Part shown: one piece after another, positions 52,474 through 64,000 of the stretch | Numbering within the stretch: position 1 is the first letter of the stretch | Layout: every line of letters begins with the position of its first letter | Source of the DNA: Octopus vulgaris | Lineage: Eukaryota | DNA length: 64,000 nt | Assembly: GCA_951406725.2 (NCBI GenBank) | Contig: OX597818.1 | Location: 130,138,001-130,202,000, forward strand | Direction: 5' to 3' | Translations under genes and position numbers: made by a program | The notes under the pieces: generated by a model | Databases searched by the model: none | Told to the model about the DNA's origin: nothing | What the model saw: the letters and a program-made list of their open reading frames with translations, nothing else

Positions 52474-52691
52474 ATACTAATAAAAAGGGTTCGGCAAAAG
52501 AATTGCCTCGCCGCATACCAAAGTTCAGAAATAACAGCCAAACTCTTAGCCATTTCTTCTACTTTAAAAAGGGTCTTCCAGAGAACTCAAAATACTTGAA
52601 GTATAGAAGAAATGGCTAAGATTTTGGCTGTTATTTCTGAACTTCGGTATGCGGCGAGGCAATTCTTTTGCCGAACCCTTTTTATTAGTAT
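52474..52691. repeat. Foldback inverted repeat with 88-bp arms and a 42-nt spacer
   Basis: 52474-52561 is the reverse complement of 52604-52691 with 2 mismatches. Confidence 0.95.
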
Positions 52692-53680
52692 ATATATATA
52701 TATATATATATATAGACTAATCTCTATTTCATTCCACAGTTAAGTTTCTTCACTTCTTAACATAACGAGAAAAAGATTACAACTCTCAAAGTAGAAGTAG
52801 TAACAAGTGTATAGCAAGATATATAGTTTTCAAAGACATTCTCTTCTAAGACTACATCTTCAGTACTACCTATATAAGTTTTACAGCATCTCAAGAAACA
52901 AATGCTTCAGGAAAAAAATATAATCTCAAATGGTATTATGCTTTCCATGTTACCCTATAAATTTCCAATAACTTCATAATTTTAAAAATAACCATGAATT
53001 TAGCTGTTTAGCAGTATCAATTTTAAAAGCTACAGAAGGAACAGAATTTTTAATATCATATCCACACATTTCTTAGACTAGTCAAAGAAAATCTGTAGGG
53101 ACAAGACAGAAACACAAAATGTAAGGTGCAAAGTTTCCACTTAGATTTTCTTGGCTTCTATGCGAAGGGCATCTGATCACTGAAATCTACCTCAACAAAT
53201 TCTGTTTAACCTGTACAAGCATGGAAAAAAAGATGCTAAAATAATGATATATATTGATGAATCTTTGTGTTGCAAGTTACTTGGTTACGCCACTGGTGTC
53301 ATGTAAAAAGCACCCAGTACACTTTATAAAGAGGTTGGCATTAGACAACAAACAGCCATAGAAACCATGTGAAAGCAGACAGTAAAGCATGGTGGAGTCC
53401 TCTGGCTTACTAACTACTGTCAAACTGTCACACCCATGCCAGCATGGAAAACAAAGTGGCAATATTCCTCGTTAGTAGCTCAATGTAGAGCATTAGAAGC
53501 TCTTTGTAAATGCATTTTTTCAACTCATGCATGCTTGGAAGAACAATCATGTAGATTTGGACTGAACTTTGCATGGCACCTTGGGCAAGTATTTTCTGTA
53601 GTCATAAGTCAACATGTAAGTGAAATTTGGTAGATGGAAACTGCACAGAAGCTCATCATACATATATATATATATATATA

Positions 53681-54193
53681 CTAGCAGTATCGCCCAGCGT
53701 TGCTCGGGTTTGTAAGGGAAATAACTATATAAGCATTTTTAGAGAGTTACTTCCCTTATAGATGCCAATTCGGGCTTTCTTAGCCATTTCTGTTTTGGTG
53801 TCTTCAAGCCATGAAGTCGTTGTTCTAAACGAACGCTGGTCTCCTTGACAACTCTTTACGATGTTGATTTCCTTACACTCCCTTCCCCACAGCTTCACGA
53901 GGGAGGGAAGAAGGGGGAGAAGCAAACAGGTGCAGATGTGAGCGTGGACGCCAACTCCGCCGCCATCGACACACGAAAAATTATGCATTAAAATGGAATA
54001 AAAAATTATGTTAAATTATTTTTTAAATCGTAGACTCATCGTAGACGCGCACTAATACACAGACGGGCTTGATATGAATCACGACTATAAGATACCCGAA
54101 TTTGGTTAAACTGCACCGCAAAATGTGGGAGTAGTTAGGAATCTAAATCGAAGGGGACAGACACTCACACAACTACAGTTTTATATATAAAGA
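53681..54193 (-). mobile_element. Non-autonomous Helitron
   Basis: On the minus strand it starts TC and ends CTAG, has the subterminal hairpin cccgagcaacgctggg, and sits between A and T with no TSD. Confidence 0.85.
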
Positions 54194-54259
54194 TATATAT
54201 AAGGAGTTTAGATTGACATTCCATAATTTAGCAGTTCAACAAATTTCCTTCCTTTTGGC

Positions 54260-54790
54260 AGTCAGTCATCACAACTATGATTGTTCATGGTTATGGCATG
54301 ACTTGATAAGCTTTGTCCATACTAGTCAAGTTTTGCTTGATTTTGCCATTTATTATGATCACTTCCTTTCCAATTCATATTCGTTTTTTGCAGTATATTT
54401 GAATCTCAGTCTAGTTCTTCCATGGTTTCTTTCCTCTTGCAGAATTGGAAGTTAAGGATTTGTCTGGGGAGTCTGCTGTTGTCCATCCTGTATATGTGTC
54501 TCAACTAAAATAAATTTCTATCAATGAGGATTTGCCATATAGGAGGAGGCAGACCAGCACTCCATAGGATCACTTCATTCCTAAACATGTCAAAGAGAGT
54601 GATATTCGTAATTTGTCACAGCTGTCTCATCATGTATGCATGTTACTTGTCTATTTGAGCTTTATAGACCATCCAAGTCTCAGCTCCACACAACAAGAAA
54701 GACATCACTATAGCCTGGTAGACCTTACATTTGACACATGTAGAAATATGTCTACTTTTCCACAGCCTCTGCTGCAGTCGGCCAAATGAA
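54260..54790 (-). mobile_element. Degenerate RTE (BovB-like) LINE 3' fragment
   Basis: Translates FGRLQQRLWKSRHISTCVKCKVYQAIVMSFLLCGAETW...HIYRMDNSRLPRQIL...GRTRLRFK. Confidence 0.85.
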
Positions 54791-56201
54791 TAGATCTCAA
54801 TAAAATAATGTCTCAGATTTTAAAAGAATATCTATGTACTAGGGTTGATATGATAAGGTAGATACTTAGAAACAATGCCCCAACATAGATGCAGTCCAAT
54901 GATTAAAACAAGTAAGATAGTAAAAGAAGCATTCCAATAGCTCATCTCACTCAATGGTTGATTTAGTTGAAATAATCAAAGTTTTACAAAGCTCTCTTCA
55001 CAAAACCTGAGTCCAACCTCCACAATAGTCACCAGCTGAATCATCTAGCATAAAGAAATAGACTGGACAGTGAATACAGTCTATTACTGAGACAACATAT
55101 CCATACTGTTGCATTGTACCAAATACTTAACAAACAGAATGTACAATATGGTGCTCAACTAGGCAAAGTATATCTAGAATAGTAGATATGTTTGTCACGG
55201 CATACGTGTACTTGATCAGAGCTTGCAAAGACTATACAACAATAATTCTCAAAGAATTAAGCCCTATTATGAGTTTTATCTATGCAGGAGAAAGAAACAC
55301 TAACAGTTTCATATCTATTTTTCCATGACTCATAAATTCTAACATCTTGAGGAATGGTTTCTCTTCATCTGATGATTCTTTGACCTTCAATCAACAGCAT
55401 AATTCAAATCAGATAATTTATCTTTAGCCTGATTGTAATCAATCATCTATCTTTTTAATAGCAATAATAATAGATAGGAAACAAAGAAAGTAAGTGTATA
55501 AATCTTCGCTACAGAATTTCAATTGAAGTGAAGACTCACAGTTAAATTTCCCAAATATTAATACAGTTTATTTTGAAGTCATTTATACAAGTGGCATTAA
55601 TGATTTGCTTTGCTAAATTACTGCAGTCATTAACTGTCTTTAGTGAGAATGAATATTTTCTTACTAATGATACTTAAAAATACTTGAGCATATATTAATA
55701 ACCTCTTAAAACTTCACTGTTGAATTCAAGTATTTCACTTATTGCTGTAGTTTCTTAAGTCCTTGTTATAATTGATCTTAAACCAGTTCACAATAATAAC
55801 CCACTTTCACATCCTCAAAGCAGGTGATCTGGAAGAATGTATTGTAATCCAACATTGCTCAGTCTTATATTTGAAAAACATAACTTATGACATGTAAATA
55901 GCTAAATTAACCACTGACATAGACATCAGAGACAATATTTTCGCTGTCTTCCTTTTATGTCCACTTTTTAATGCTGGCATTGGTTCAGTGTGTTGTCACA
56001 GAGTAAGTTACTCCTTATTCAGAGTTCCTGCTGTCTTAAATAGGCCACAGATCATATGTTGCTCATATGCTTAACTTTTGGTATATTTTCTATGGCTGGA
56101 TGCTCTTCTTACCACCAGCCAATTTACAAAGTGTACTGAATTATTCATTTTATTAAGGAAGCAGTATTAGAGAAATTGTGATTTAGATAGTAAATAATGA
56201 T

Positions 56202-56572
56202 GTACTTGTACTTGTGGCGACATTCACCCAGGGTGGGTTGAGTCGTCTTCTTCTACTCATGGAAGAAGTTTCGTGGGAATATGTGGATTTCACAAGCGGT
56301 CCCCAACAATCTCGCATATGAAGACATCCTGTTTGCCACAGATTGTCCGCAGACGCAGGGACAGAACGACCAAGAAACCACCGGTTGCCGAAGCAGACAC
56401 TCCGGGGATTTTCACCAGAGTCCTGTCTGCCGGGTTGTGGCCCTAATACCACTCGGTGTCAGACCAATCCGCCTTGGGTGGTCCTACCAAGAACTGAAGT
56501 TCCCAACGGCATAGCTCTGACACTACCCATTGCCAGCATCCCCACCACGGTGAGGAGGGGATGGACTTTGGG
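56202..56572 (-). mobile_element. Short RTE-derived non-autonomous element (5' UTR-like part plus (CAAGTA)n tail)
   Basis: ccgtggtgg...gagctatgccg...ggtaggaccacccaaggcgg...ggtc resembles RTE/BovB 5' UTRs as I remember them. Ends caagtacaagta. GC-rich relative to the flanks. Confidence 0.65.
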
Positions 56573-57087
56573 GATGTAGTTGTAATGATTCTATTTGTGG
56601 ATACAACTGAGTACAATTGAAAGAGAATTCAAGAATGCTATAGATACAATACACACACACATCATGCCTTGTTTTTCATTCCATGATGAAGTCATAAGGT
56701 TACTACTGAATCGTGTATGGTGAGCCTAGCCATTCTAAAACCTAGTGGAGCCAGTCTTTTACCAGGTCTAGCTCCAAAAAGGGAAAAAAGAAGACACAAA
56801 GTAAGAATACAAAAAGAGCAGAAAGAATCTGGTACTGAGACTTTATTGACACCATAAGATTGAAGAGCAAAACGAAGCTCAGCAAAATTTGAACTCAGAC
56901 CACTGCAAACCATAATGCATTCAACCTGAGGCTTCTGGTTCTACAATGACAGTCAGTTTGTTGCATTACAGACACAAGCACAACCAACAATGTAATATAA
57001 TAAATTTTTAATGACTTTCTGGAACAAGTGCAAAATATCATTTTTGCAATGTTGATAGTAAGTATGATCATATATATATATATTATA

Positions 57088-57318
57088 TATTTCTTTACTA
57101 CCCACAAGGGGCTAAACACAGAGGGGACAAACAAGGACAGACAAACGGATTAAGTCGATTACATCGACCCCAGTACGTAACTGGTACTTAATTTATCGTC
57201 CCCGAAAGGATGAAAGGCAAAGTCGACCTCAGCGGAATTTGAACCCAGAACGTAATGGCAGACGAAATACGGCTACGCATTTCGCCCGGTGCGCTAACGT
57301 TTCTGCCAGCTCGCCGCC
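57088..57318 (-). mobile_element. Young family C SINE inserted in (TA)n
   Basis: Matches 29226-29449. Confidence 0.9.
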
Positions 57319-57355
57319 TTTATATATATATATATATTATATGTGTTGTACAGAT

Positions 57356-57434
57356 TGTAATTGGTTCAGTTTTAACACAGGATCTTAGAAAATGATTTGA
57401 TCTGAGATCCTGTGTTGAAACTGAAATAATTACA
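57356..57434 (+). other. 79-nt hairpin (34-position stem, 11-nt loop), pre-miRNA-like
   Basis: On the + strand: 30 Watson-Crick pairs, 3 G-U pairs and 1 mismatch. Confidence 0.5.
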
Positions 57435-57977
57435 TCATGAAAAAGTCATGCTATGTTTATTTAAAATCACACAATTGATGCTAATTAATAGTTTTTACAG
57501 TTACTTTCATTCATGGCTTCATAGTATCTTCTACAATAAACTGTTTTGTTGTACTTCCGCAACTAGTTCTTTAACATAGTTCCACCGCATGACAGAAGCG
57601 TAGAGAAAATTTTGAATACATTGAAATATATGATCCACCCATTTAGAAGCCCATTATCTATAGAGATTACAGATGCACAGCAAAGTATGTTTCAAAAGTC
57701 AGCTATCCTGGTATCACCTATCATCTCCCCAGGAATTGGGGTTTTTTTTTTGTCCTTTGATAAGTTTTACTTCAAATCCTATAGGGGTGACCACCCACCC
57801 TCTTAAGCAAGTAAACTGGTTAGAAGAATAAGTTTACACGCTGACCACCCGACCATAAGACAGATACCAGTGACAGGTATAAGCTGATCATCCCCCATTT
57901 AGTAATATGATAATACAAATAAATACAAATACAAATAATACAAATAAACATGAGCTTCTGTATATTTTTTTTTTAAA

Positions 57978-58380
57978 GGCGCAGGAGTGGCTGTGTGGTA
58001 AGTAGCTTGCTAACCAACCACATGGTTCCGGGTTCAGTCCCACTGCGTGGCATCTTGGGCAAGTGTCTTCTGCTATAGCCCCGGGCCGACCAATGCCTTG
58101 TGAATGGATTTGGTAGACGGAAACTGAAAGAAGCCTGTCGTATATATGTATATGTATATATATGTGTGTGTGTGTTTGTCCCCCTAGCATTGCTTGACAG
58201 CCGATGCTGGTGTGTTTACATCCCCGTCACTTAGCGGTTCGGCAAAAGAGACCGATAGAATAAGTACTGGGCTTACAAAGAATAAGTTCCGGGGTCGATT
58301 TGCTCGACTAAAGGCGGTGCTCCAGCATGGCCGCAGTCAAATGACTGAAACAAGTAAAAGAGTAAAAGAGTAAAAAGAGT
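57978..58380 (+). mobile_element. Young family A SINE, full length
   Basis: Complete head, body and tail. Confidence 0.95.
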
Positions 58381-58823
58381 ATAACACTATGGTAAAAAAA
58401 AACACTAAAAGGGTAAAAAAAAAACCCTAAAAAGGTAAAAAAAGACCCCCACTAAAAATACAAACATAGCAGCAGCTTCAACAATGTCAATATCTACGCA
58501 AGGATGTTCAAAGCCATCTTAAAGGAAGAGCACATTAGGCAGTTCCTTGCTCCCTAAATACAAACCATGGTGTAACATTTGACTGAAAATGAAGTCAATG
58601 AGAAATCTTAGAATCTGAATAAATATCCTAAATATTGCATCATACATAGACATAGGTAGAACTGTCTGGCTAAGAAGTTTGCCTTCCAACTGTGAAGTTC
58701 AAGATTGTTTTACTACTTGGCACCTTCGACAAGCTTATTCTTTTATAGCTTCCAGTCAATCAAAGACTTGTGAGTGGTTTTGGTAGAAGGAAGCTGAAAT
58801 AAATCTGTCATATAGGTAGATGT

Positions 58824-59057
58824 TAGGGCGTCGAGCTGGCAGAAACGTTAGCACGCTGGGCGAAATGCGTAGCTGTATTTCATCTGTTGTTACGTTCTGA
58901 GTTCAAATTCCGCCAAGGTCAACTTTGCCTTTCATCATTTCGGTGTCGATAAATTAAGTACCAGTTACGCACTGGGGTCGATGTAATCGACTTAATCCGT
59001 TTGTCTGTCCTTGTTTGTCCCCTCTGTGTTTAGTCCCTTGTGGGTAGTAAAGAAATA
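58824..59057 (+). mobile_element. Young family C SINE
   Basis: 15-bp TSD catataggtagatgt at 58809-58823 and 59058-59072. Confidence 0.95.
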
Positions 59058-59399
59058 CATATAGGTAGATGTATATATTTTGCAGGCATGGCTATGTGGT
59101 CAGAAGTTTTCTGCCCAACCACATGGTTCTTGTTTCTCTTTCAAAAATAACAAGAACCTATTTGACTTGCTAAATGTGGTTCCCAGTCTGGTATATTACA
59201 ATGTTCTTGAAATAAATTGCTTCTATGATATTATTTGCTAATGTATTTCTTTAATATTTAGGCCTTGAATATTTTTTAAACAATTTTAATGGGTTTAAAA
59301 AACGAATATTTTAAAAACAGTGAAAAGATACACAATTTTAATGTGTATTACATACAGTTTGATTAGTGAGGTTTTAATTATAGATTGTTATATACAGTA

Positions 59400-59536
59400 G
59401 GCACAAATATGGTTGTGTGGTTAAGAAGTTTACTTTCCAACCACATGGTTTCATGTTCAGTCCCACTGCATGGCACCTAGGGTTAACAAAGCCTTGTGAG
59501 TGGATTTGGTAGATGGAAACTGAAAGATGCCCATCT

Positions 59537-59578
<42 letters not shown>

Positions 59579-59762
59579 GTTTGGCCTCCACTACCACTTG
59601 ACAACTGGTGTTTGTGTTCCAGTAACTTAGCAGTTTGGCAAAAGTGACTGATAGAATAAGCATTAGGTTTAAGAATAATGAGTACTGAGCTGAACTGACT
59701 AAATTCTTCAAGGCAATGCCCCAGAATGGCCACAGTCCAGTGACTGAAACACGTAAAAGATA
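59400..59762 (+). mobile_element. Old family A SINE
   Basis: Colinear head, body and tail with an internal deletion. Confidence 0.8.
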
Positions 59763-61681
59763 GCAGATAAATAATAAAAATATACCTCTGTTATTAACAA
59801 CATGAAATAATTAAATTCGTTAGTTTTTTTTTTTTCTTTTTTTTAATTTAGATCACTAGATAAGTGACTTAGTAAAATGGCTCAGTTAGGTCTTTCTGCA
59901 ATAAGCCCCCAAAATCATCTCACACGGAAAATAAAAATTTGATAAATAAATAAATAAAAAAAGTAATATTACAAAAATCCAAAAACTGAATCAGTTTCCT
60001 CTCTGTTCTTGAAATCAAATTACATTAACAACATCCCTACCTACACCAATACTTTTTAATTCCCTTTCTTTTGGTTAAAACTTTATTTCTATGTCTTTTA
60101 ATGTTTTCAGCCAGTAAATCATGCATGACGTCGTCAAGGCTGATCAGAAGAAATGGGTTACACAAATCGATTTGGTTTAACTGTTGAAGTTAGGAAATCC
60201 TATCGTGAAATTGTTCTTACCTAGGTTACTATGTTCATAATCACGTCAACTTAAGTTGCTCCTATACAATTTGATCCTTATCAGGCGGGTTTTAATATAA
60301 TCTAAGTAAAATAACAGTTGGTGATTCATTTTTGCATGTAAGGAAGAACAGGGGTAGGTTAGGACTTTTATTCCCATCCCCCCATTTTTTCCTTACTAAA
60401 AACAAAAATAATGAAATAAAGAAATTATAGTAAAATATCAGGATTAATTAAAAAAGCTAATAATCTTAGAATTGGTTGAACTTAACAAGATTAAAATAGG
60501 AATATGAGGATCTATCATATGAAAATGTAATTCAGCTTCATCTACAATCTACCCTTTTCTCCAGATAACAACATGATTACTATATTAGTAAGTCCACAAC
60601 AATCTACTAATGCCTCCTTTTAAGGCTTCTGTTGCTAATCTTATTATATACCCAGATGATTTGGAGTTTGCTTAATGGATTCGGATTCAAATTTCAACTT
60701 TCCGTTCTAATCATGTATTTTTTTTTATTTTTATTTTTGGCTTTCTTCATTTTTGTTTTTATTAAATAGGATTTGTAACAATGTAAAATAAAAAGAGAGG
60801 AGGGAAAGAAAAGCTTATCTTTAAAATTTTACATTTTAAAAATAAGAACTGAATGTCTTATGAATACGCTGAGAATGTCAGTTTGGTCTGTTCTTGGGAC
60901 AAAGCATAATTGTTTCATACTAAAACGTAAAGAAGAAAATAAAGCAATAGAGGAAAACACAGAAATGATAATATATGTAAATTTTGTTTCTTTTGAGATA
61001 AAAAAAAACCCCAAAAAACTATTACCTAATAAAACGTTAAATTATTTTTCCTGTTAAGCTTTTATTAGAAAATTGTATCTTTCACTAATTTCTTCCTTGA
61101 ATAAAAGATTTTGCGCAAGATCAATGGATGGAGAAACATTGGTTTAAAGTGAGGTAAAGTGTTATTATCTATCTCGGCAACAACAAAGTCTAATCGCACT
61201 TCAATAAATCTTTTAATATTCCAATAAGTGTCTACATAAATTGAATGCATTTGTGGGTATTTTACCTAAGTATGTGTCTGTATGTATATGTTGTAGATGG
61301 TATAGTGCTCATCACAAATATTCAAATAATATTTCAGTTTGTCTATGCGATTAAGTGAGTGATGAACATGTATTAATAAATTTCAAGAAACCACATCTCA
61401 TTAAATTAATTGCTTGTAATATTAGTCATCAAAATTTAAAATTAAACTCTAGATAAATAGTTCTGAGCCTTTTCTACATGACAAATCCTTTTAGATTTTT
61501 TCAAGTTTTGACCCTCATCATATAAAAAAAAACAATACATTAGAAAGATGTCGTTTAATATCAACTATTGAATGACATGAAAGATACATTTTTGTGACCA
61601 CAAATAAAATACAGAGGAGAAGGATTTTTACAAGCACAAAGTAAAAGCTTGATAGACCTTTAACTTGTGAAAATTCAGCCT

Positions 61682-61950
61682 ATCATCATCATCATCCTCG
61701 TTTAACATCCGCTTTCCATGCTAGCATGGGTTGGACGTATGACTGAGGGCTGGCGAACCAGATGGCTGCACCAGGCTTCAATCTTAATCTGGCAGAGTTT
61801 TTACAGCTGGAGGCTCTTCCTAACACCAACCACTCCGAGAGTGTAGTGGGTGCTTTTACGTGCCACCAGCACGGGGCCAGTCAGGCGGCACTGGCAACGA
61901 CCTCACTCAAATCTTTTACACATGTCACAGGCACGGGTGCCAGTAAGGCT
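61682..61950 (-). mobile_element. Family B element
   Basis: Reverse complement of the 14843-15043 sequence plus upstream hairpin units. Confidence 0.85.
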
Positions 61951-62656
61951 GCCTCCAATAACAGTCAAGTAAGTTTAAAAGTAAAATTGTTAGCAACAAT
62001 CAGTATTTTAAGTAGAAATCATAATCCTTGAAAGAATCAGAAACGTGTGAAAATGTATCTTTTTTTGAACTGATTTTGTATTTGGTTGATTTCTCTTCTA
62101 AAGAGAATACAGGTTTGGAAAACTGCTACCAAACTACTAGATGTTCTTTTCTTTCTTTTGTGTGTGTGTGTGTGTAATACTTACACATCTTCTATGTCCC
62201 TTTGCCCCATGAACAAAACCTTATACTCAACTAGTATTCTAATGGTGCAATCATTTCACCAAAGCCTTTTCCTTTCTTGCAAAAACAACTAATATCATTT
62301 CTCAGTTGCTACATGTTTAAGCCTTACTACATCAACCTACTTGTGACTGACCCTAGCACTATGTTACCAACTGACCCCAAACTATTTACATTTTAAATTG
62401 AAGTCACCAGCAAAATCTCATACCAAAAATAATTCGAAGTTTCAGAAGGGAAATTCAACAATTTGATGTAAGAAGCTTTACACTAAATTGCATTCCAAAC
62501 ATCAGCTTAACTCTCTTGAGATGAGGCTTACAAATGCTTCCATGCTGAAGATGACTGAGCCACAAGATGATATTTTCTTAAGATTCTCATAAAATAATAA
62601 ATAAATGTGCCCTTTTAAAGCCTAGCCAGGCTCATGGGCCCGGTTTCCTGGTTTCA

Positions 62657-62758
62657 AGATTGGAGCCTGATGCAGCCATCTGGTTTCACTAGTCCCCAGT
62701 CAAATCGTCCAACCCACGCTAGCTTGGAAAGCGAACGTTAAATGATGATGATGATGAT
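62657..62758 (+). mobile_element. Family B 3' fragment, abutting a short GC-rich repeat remnant (62604-62656)
   Basis: agattggagcctg.tgcagccatctgg...aaatcgtccaaccc...gttaaat followed by (gat)n. Confidence 0.75.
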
Positions 62759-63560
62759 AGCAAAGTACATATATTCTTAAGGAGACCAACCCTTTCTCCT
62801 TTTTTTGTACAGTTCATCTTTCAATCTTCCAAAGGTTAATATACCAATATATGAAAAAGTTTCAGTTAATTTAGTAAACCCTTCCTAATTATTCATAATT
62901 TTGAAAATTAACTGAAACACATAGGCAGTGTATTATATTCTTTTTTAGAAACATGGTCACGAAAGGCCTATATTGATTTTATTGCACACATTCATTTTAT
63001 GAAACTACTGACACGCACTCTTCAACATCTCAATTCTATGAAATCCATCAACCTCTACTCATCTTATTTCATTCTTTCTGCTATCAAACAACTGTCTTAG
63101 ATGTCATCAAGAGAAGAGGTTTTGAATGGTTCTTTTATTCATTCCACACATCAACCAATAAGTTACTAATGACATTTTCATCATCATTAATTAAATCATT
63201 TGAATACTACAAATGAATTATGCAATAAAAACATGTTTTGTATATAATTATTTGTATTTTCTTTGCTTCTCTCTCAACTTAATGATGTAATTTTTTCTTT
63301 TAAAAATGGATCTGTTATCAACTTTGAGCTCATATATTACTTTTCATTAGGTGGAGGTCACTTCTGATTAAAACATCATTGGGGGAAAATATAAATTCTA
63401 AATTTATAAAAGGAAATGCTTCAGCTTTCGGTGTTCTTGAATTATTCGTCACATGACTGAAATAAATTACTGTTTTCTGACTTATCCCACTAGAGTTTAG
63501 TTTTCTGCAACAGCTAGAGAAGCTTGTACCAAGATTTGTCATCAATGGTATGTAATCGAT

Positions 63561-63973
63561 TACTCTTTTACTCTTTTACCTGTTTCAGCCATTTGCCTGC
63601 GGCCATGCTGGAGCACTGCCTTTAGTCGAGCAAATCGTCCCCAGGACTTATTCTTTGTAAGCCCAGTACTTATTCTATTGGTGTCTTTTGCTGAACCGCT
63701 AAGTTACAGGGAACATAAAAACACCAGCATCGGTTGTTAAGCGATGTTGGTGGGGGGACAAACACAGACACACAAACACACACACATATATATATATATA
63801 TATACATACATATATACAACGGGCTTCTTTCAGTTTCCGTCTACCAAATTCACTCACAAGGCTTTGGTCGACCTGAGGCTATAGTAGAAGACACTTGCCC
63901 AAGGTGCCATGCAGTGGGACTGAACCCAGAACCATGTGGTTCGTAAGCAAGCTACTTACCACACAGCCACTCC
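63561..63973 (-). mobile_element. Family A SINE, near full length
   Basis: Complete tail and body; the head lacks its first few nucleotides. Confidence 0.95.
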
Positions 63974-64000
63974 TTAACACAACTAGAACTGAAATGTGGT

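Noticed and set aside
52485-52501. ggttcggcaaaaga shared between the foldback arm and family A SINE
   Set aside because: Only 14 nt with no flanking similarity.
52540-52590. Possible hammerhead in the 52.5-kb foldback (CUGGAAGA...GAAAUGGCUA)
   Set aside because: There is an extra core nucleotide, stem II does not close and stem I is mostly G-U.
57688-57730. FQKSAILVSPII resembling an RLE-LINE C-terminus
   Set aside because: Too short, with no supporting upstream motifs.
61065-61265. Non-repetitive minus-strand ORF after a cttag acceptor
   Set aside because: No recognisable homology, and it ends in a stop upstream of the fuzzy exon.

Overview
AT-rich eukaryotic DNA crowded with microsatellites and transposons. 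The tRNA-derived SINE families look like those of octopus or another coleoid cephalopod (inferred from remembered repeat sequences, not searched). I recognise only one host coding exon: a 231-nt, phase 0-0, minus-strand exon at 4778-5008 that matches the planar-cell-polarity effector fuzzy (FUZ). The rest reads as intronic or intergenic sequence. It holds dozens of SINE copies from several modular families, LINE fragments (R4/Dong-like, RTE, CR1-like, Penelope GIY-YIG), two mariner relics, a Tigger relic, TTAA-flanked MITEs and a Helitron. Almost all provided ORFs are microsatellite or SINE artefacts. The most notable find is a ~460-bp foldback element at 45419-45902 with a 13-bp target-site duplication (TSD). 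Its 71-nt loop encodes, on the minus strand, a type I hammerhead ribozyme with Schistosoma-like tertiary-contact features and one core change (U4C). Two further foldback elements with a one-sided extension (52.4 kb, 10.7 kb), a pre-miRNA-like hairpin (57.4 kb) and a visible LINE-SINE 3'-tail partnership are also reported. All alignments and folds were done by eye.
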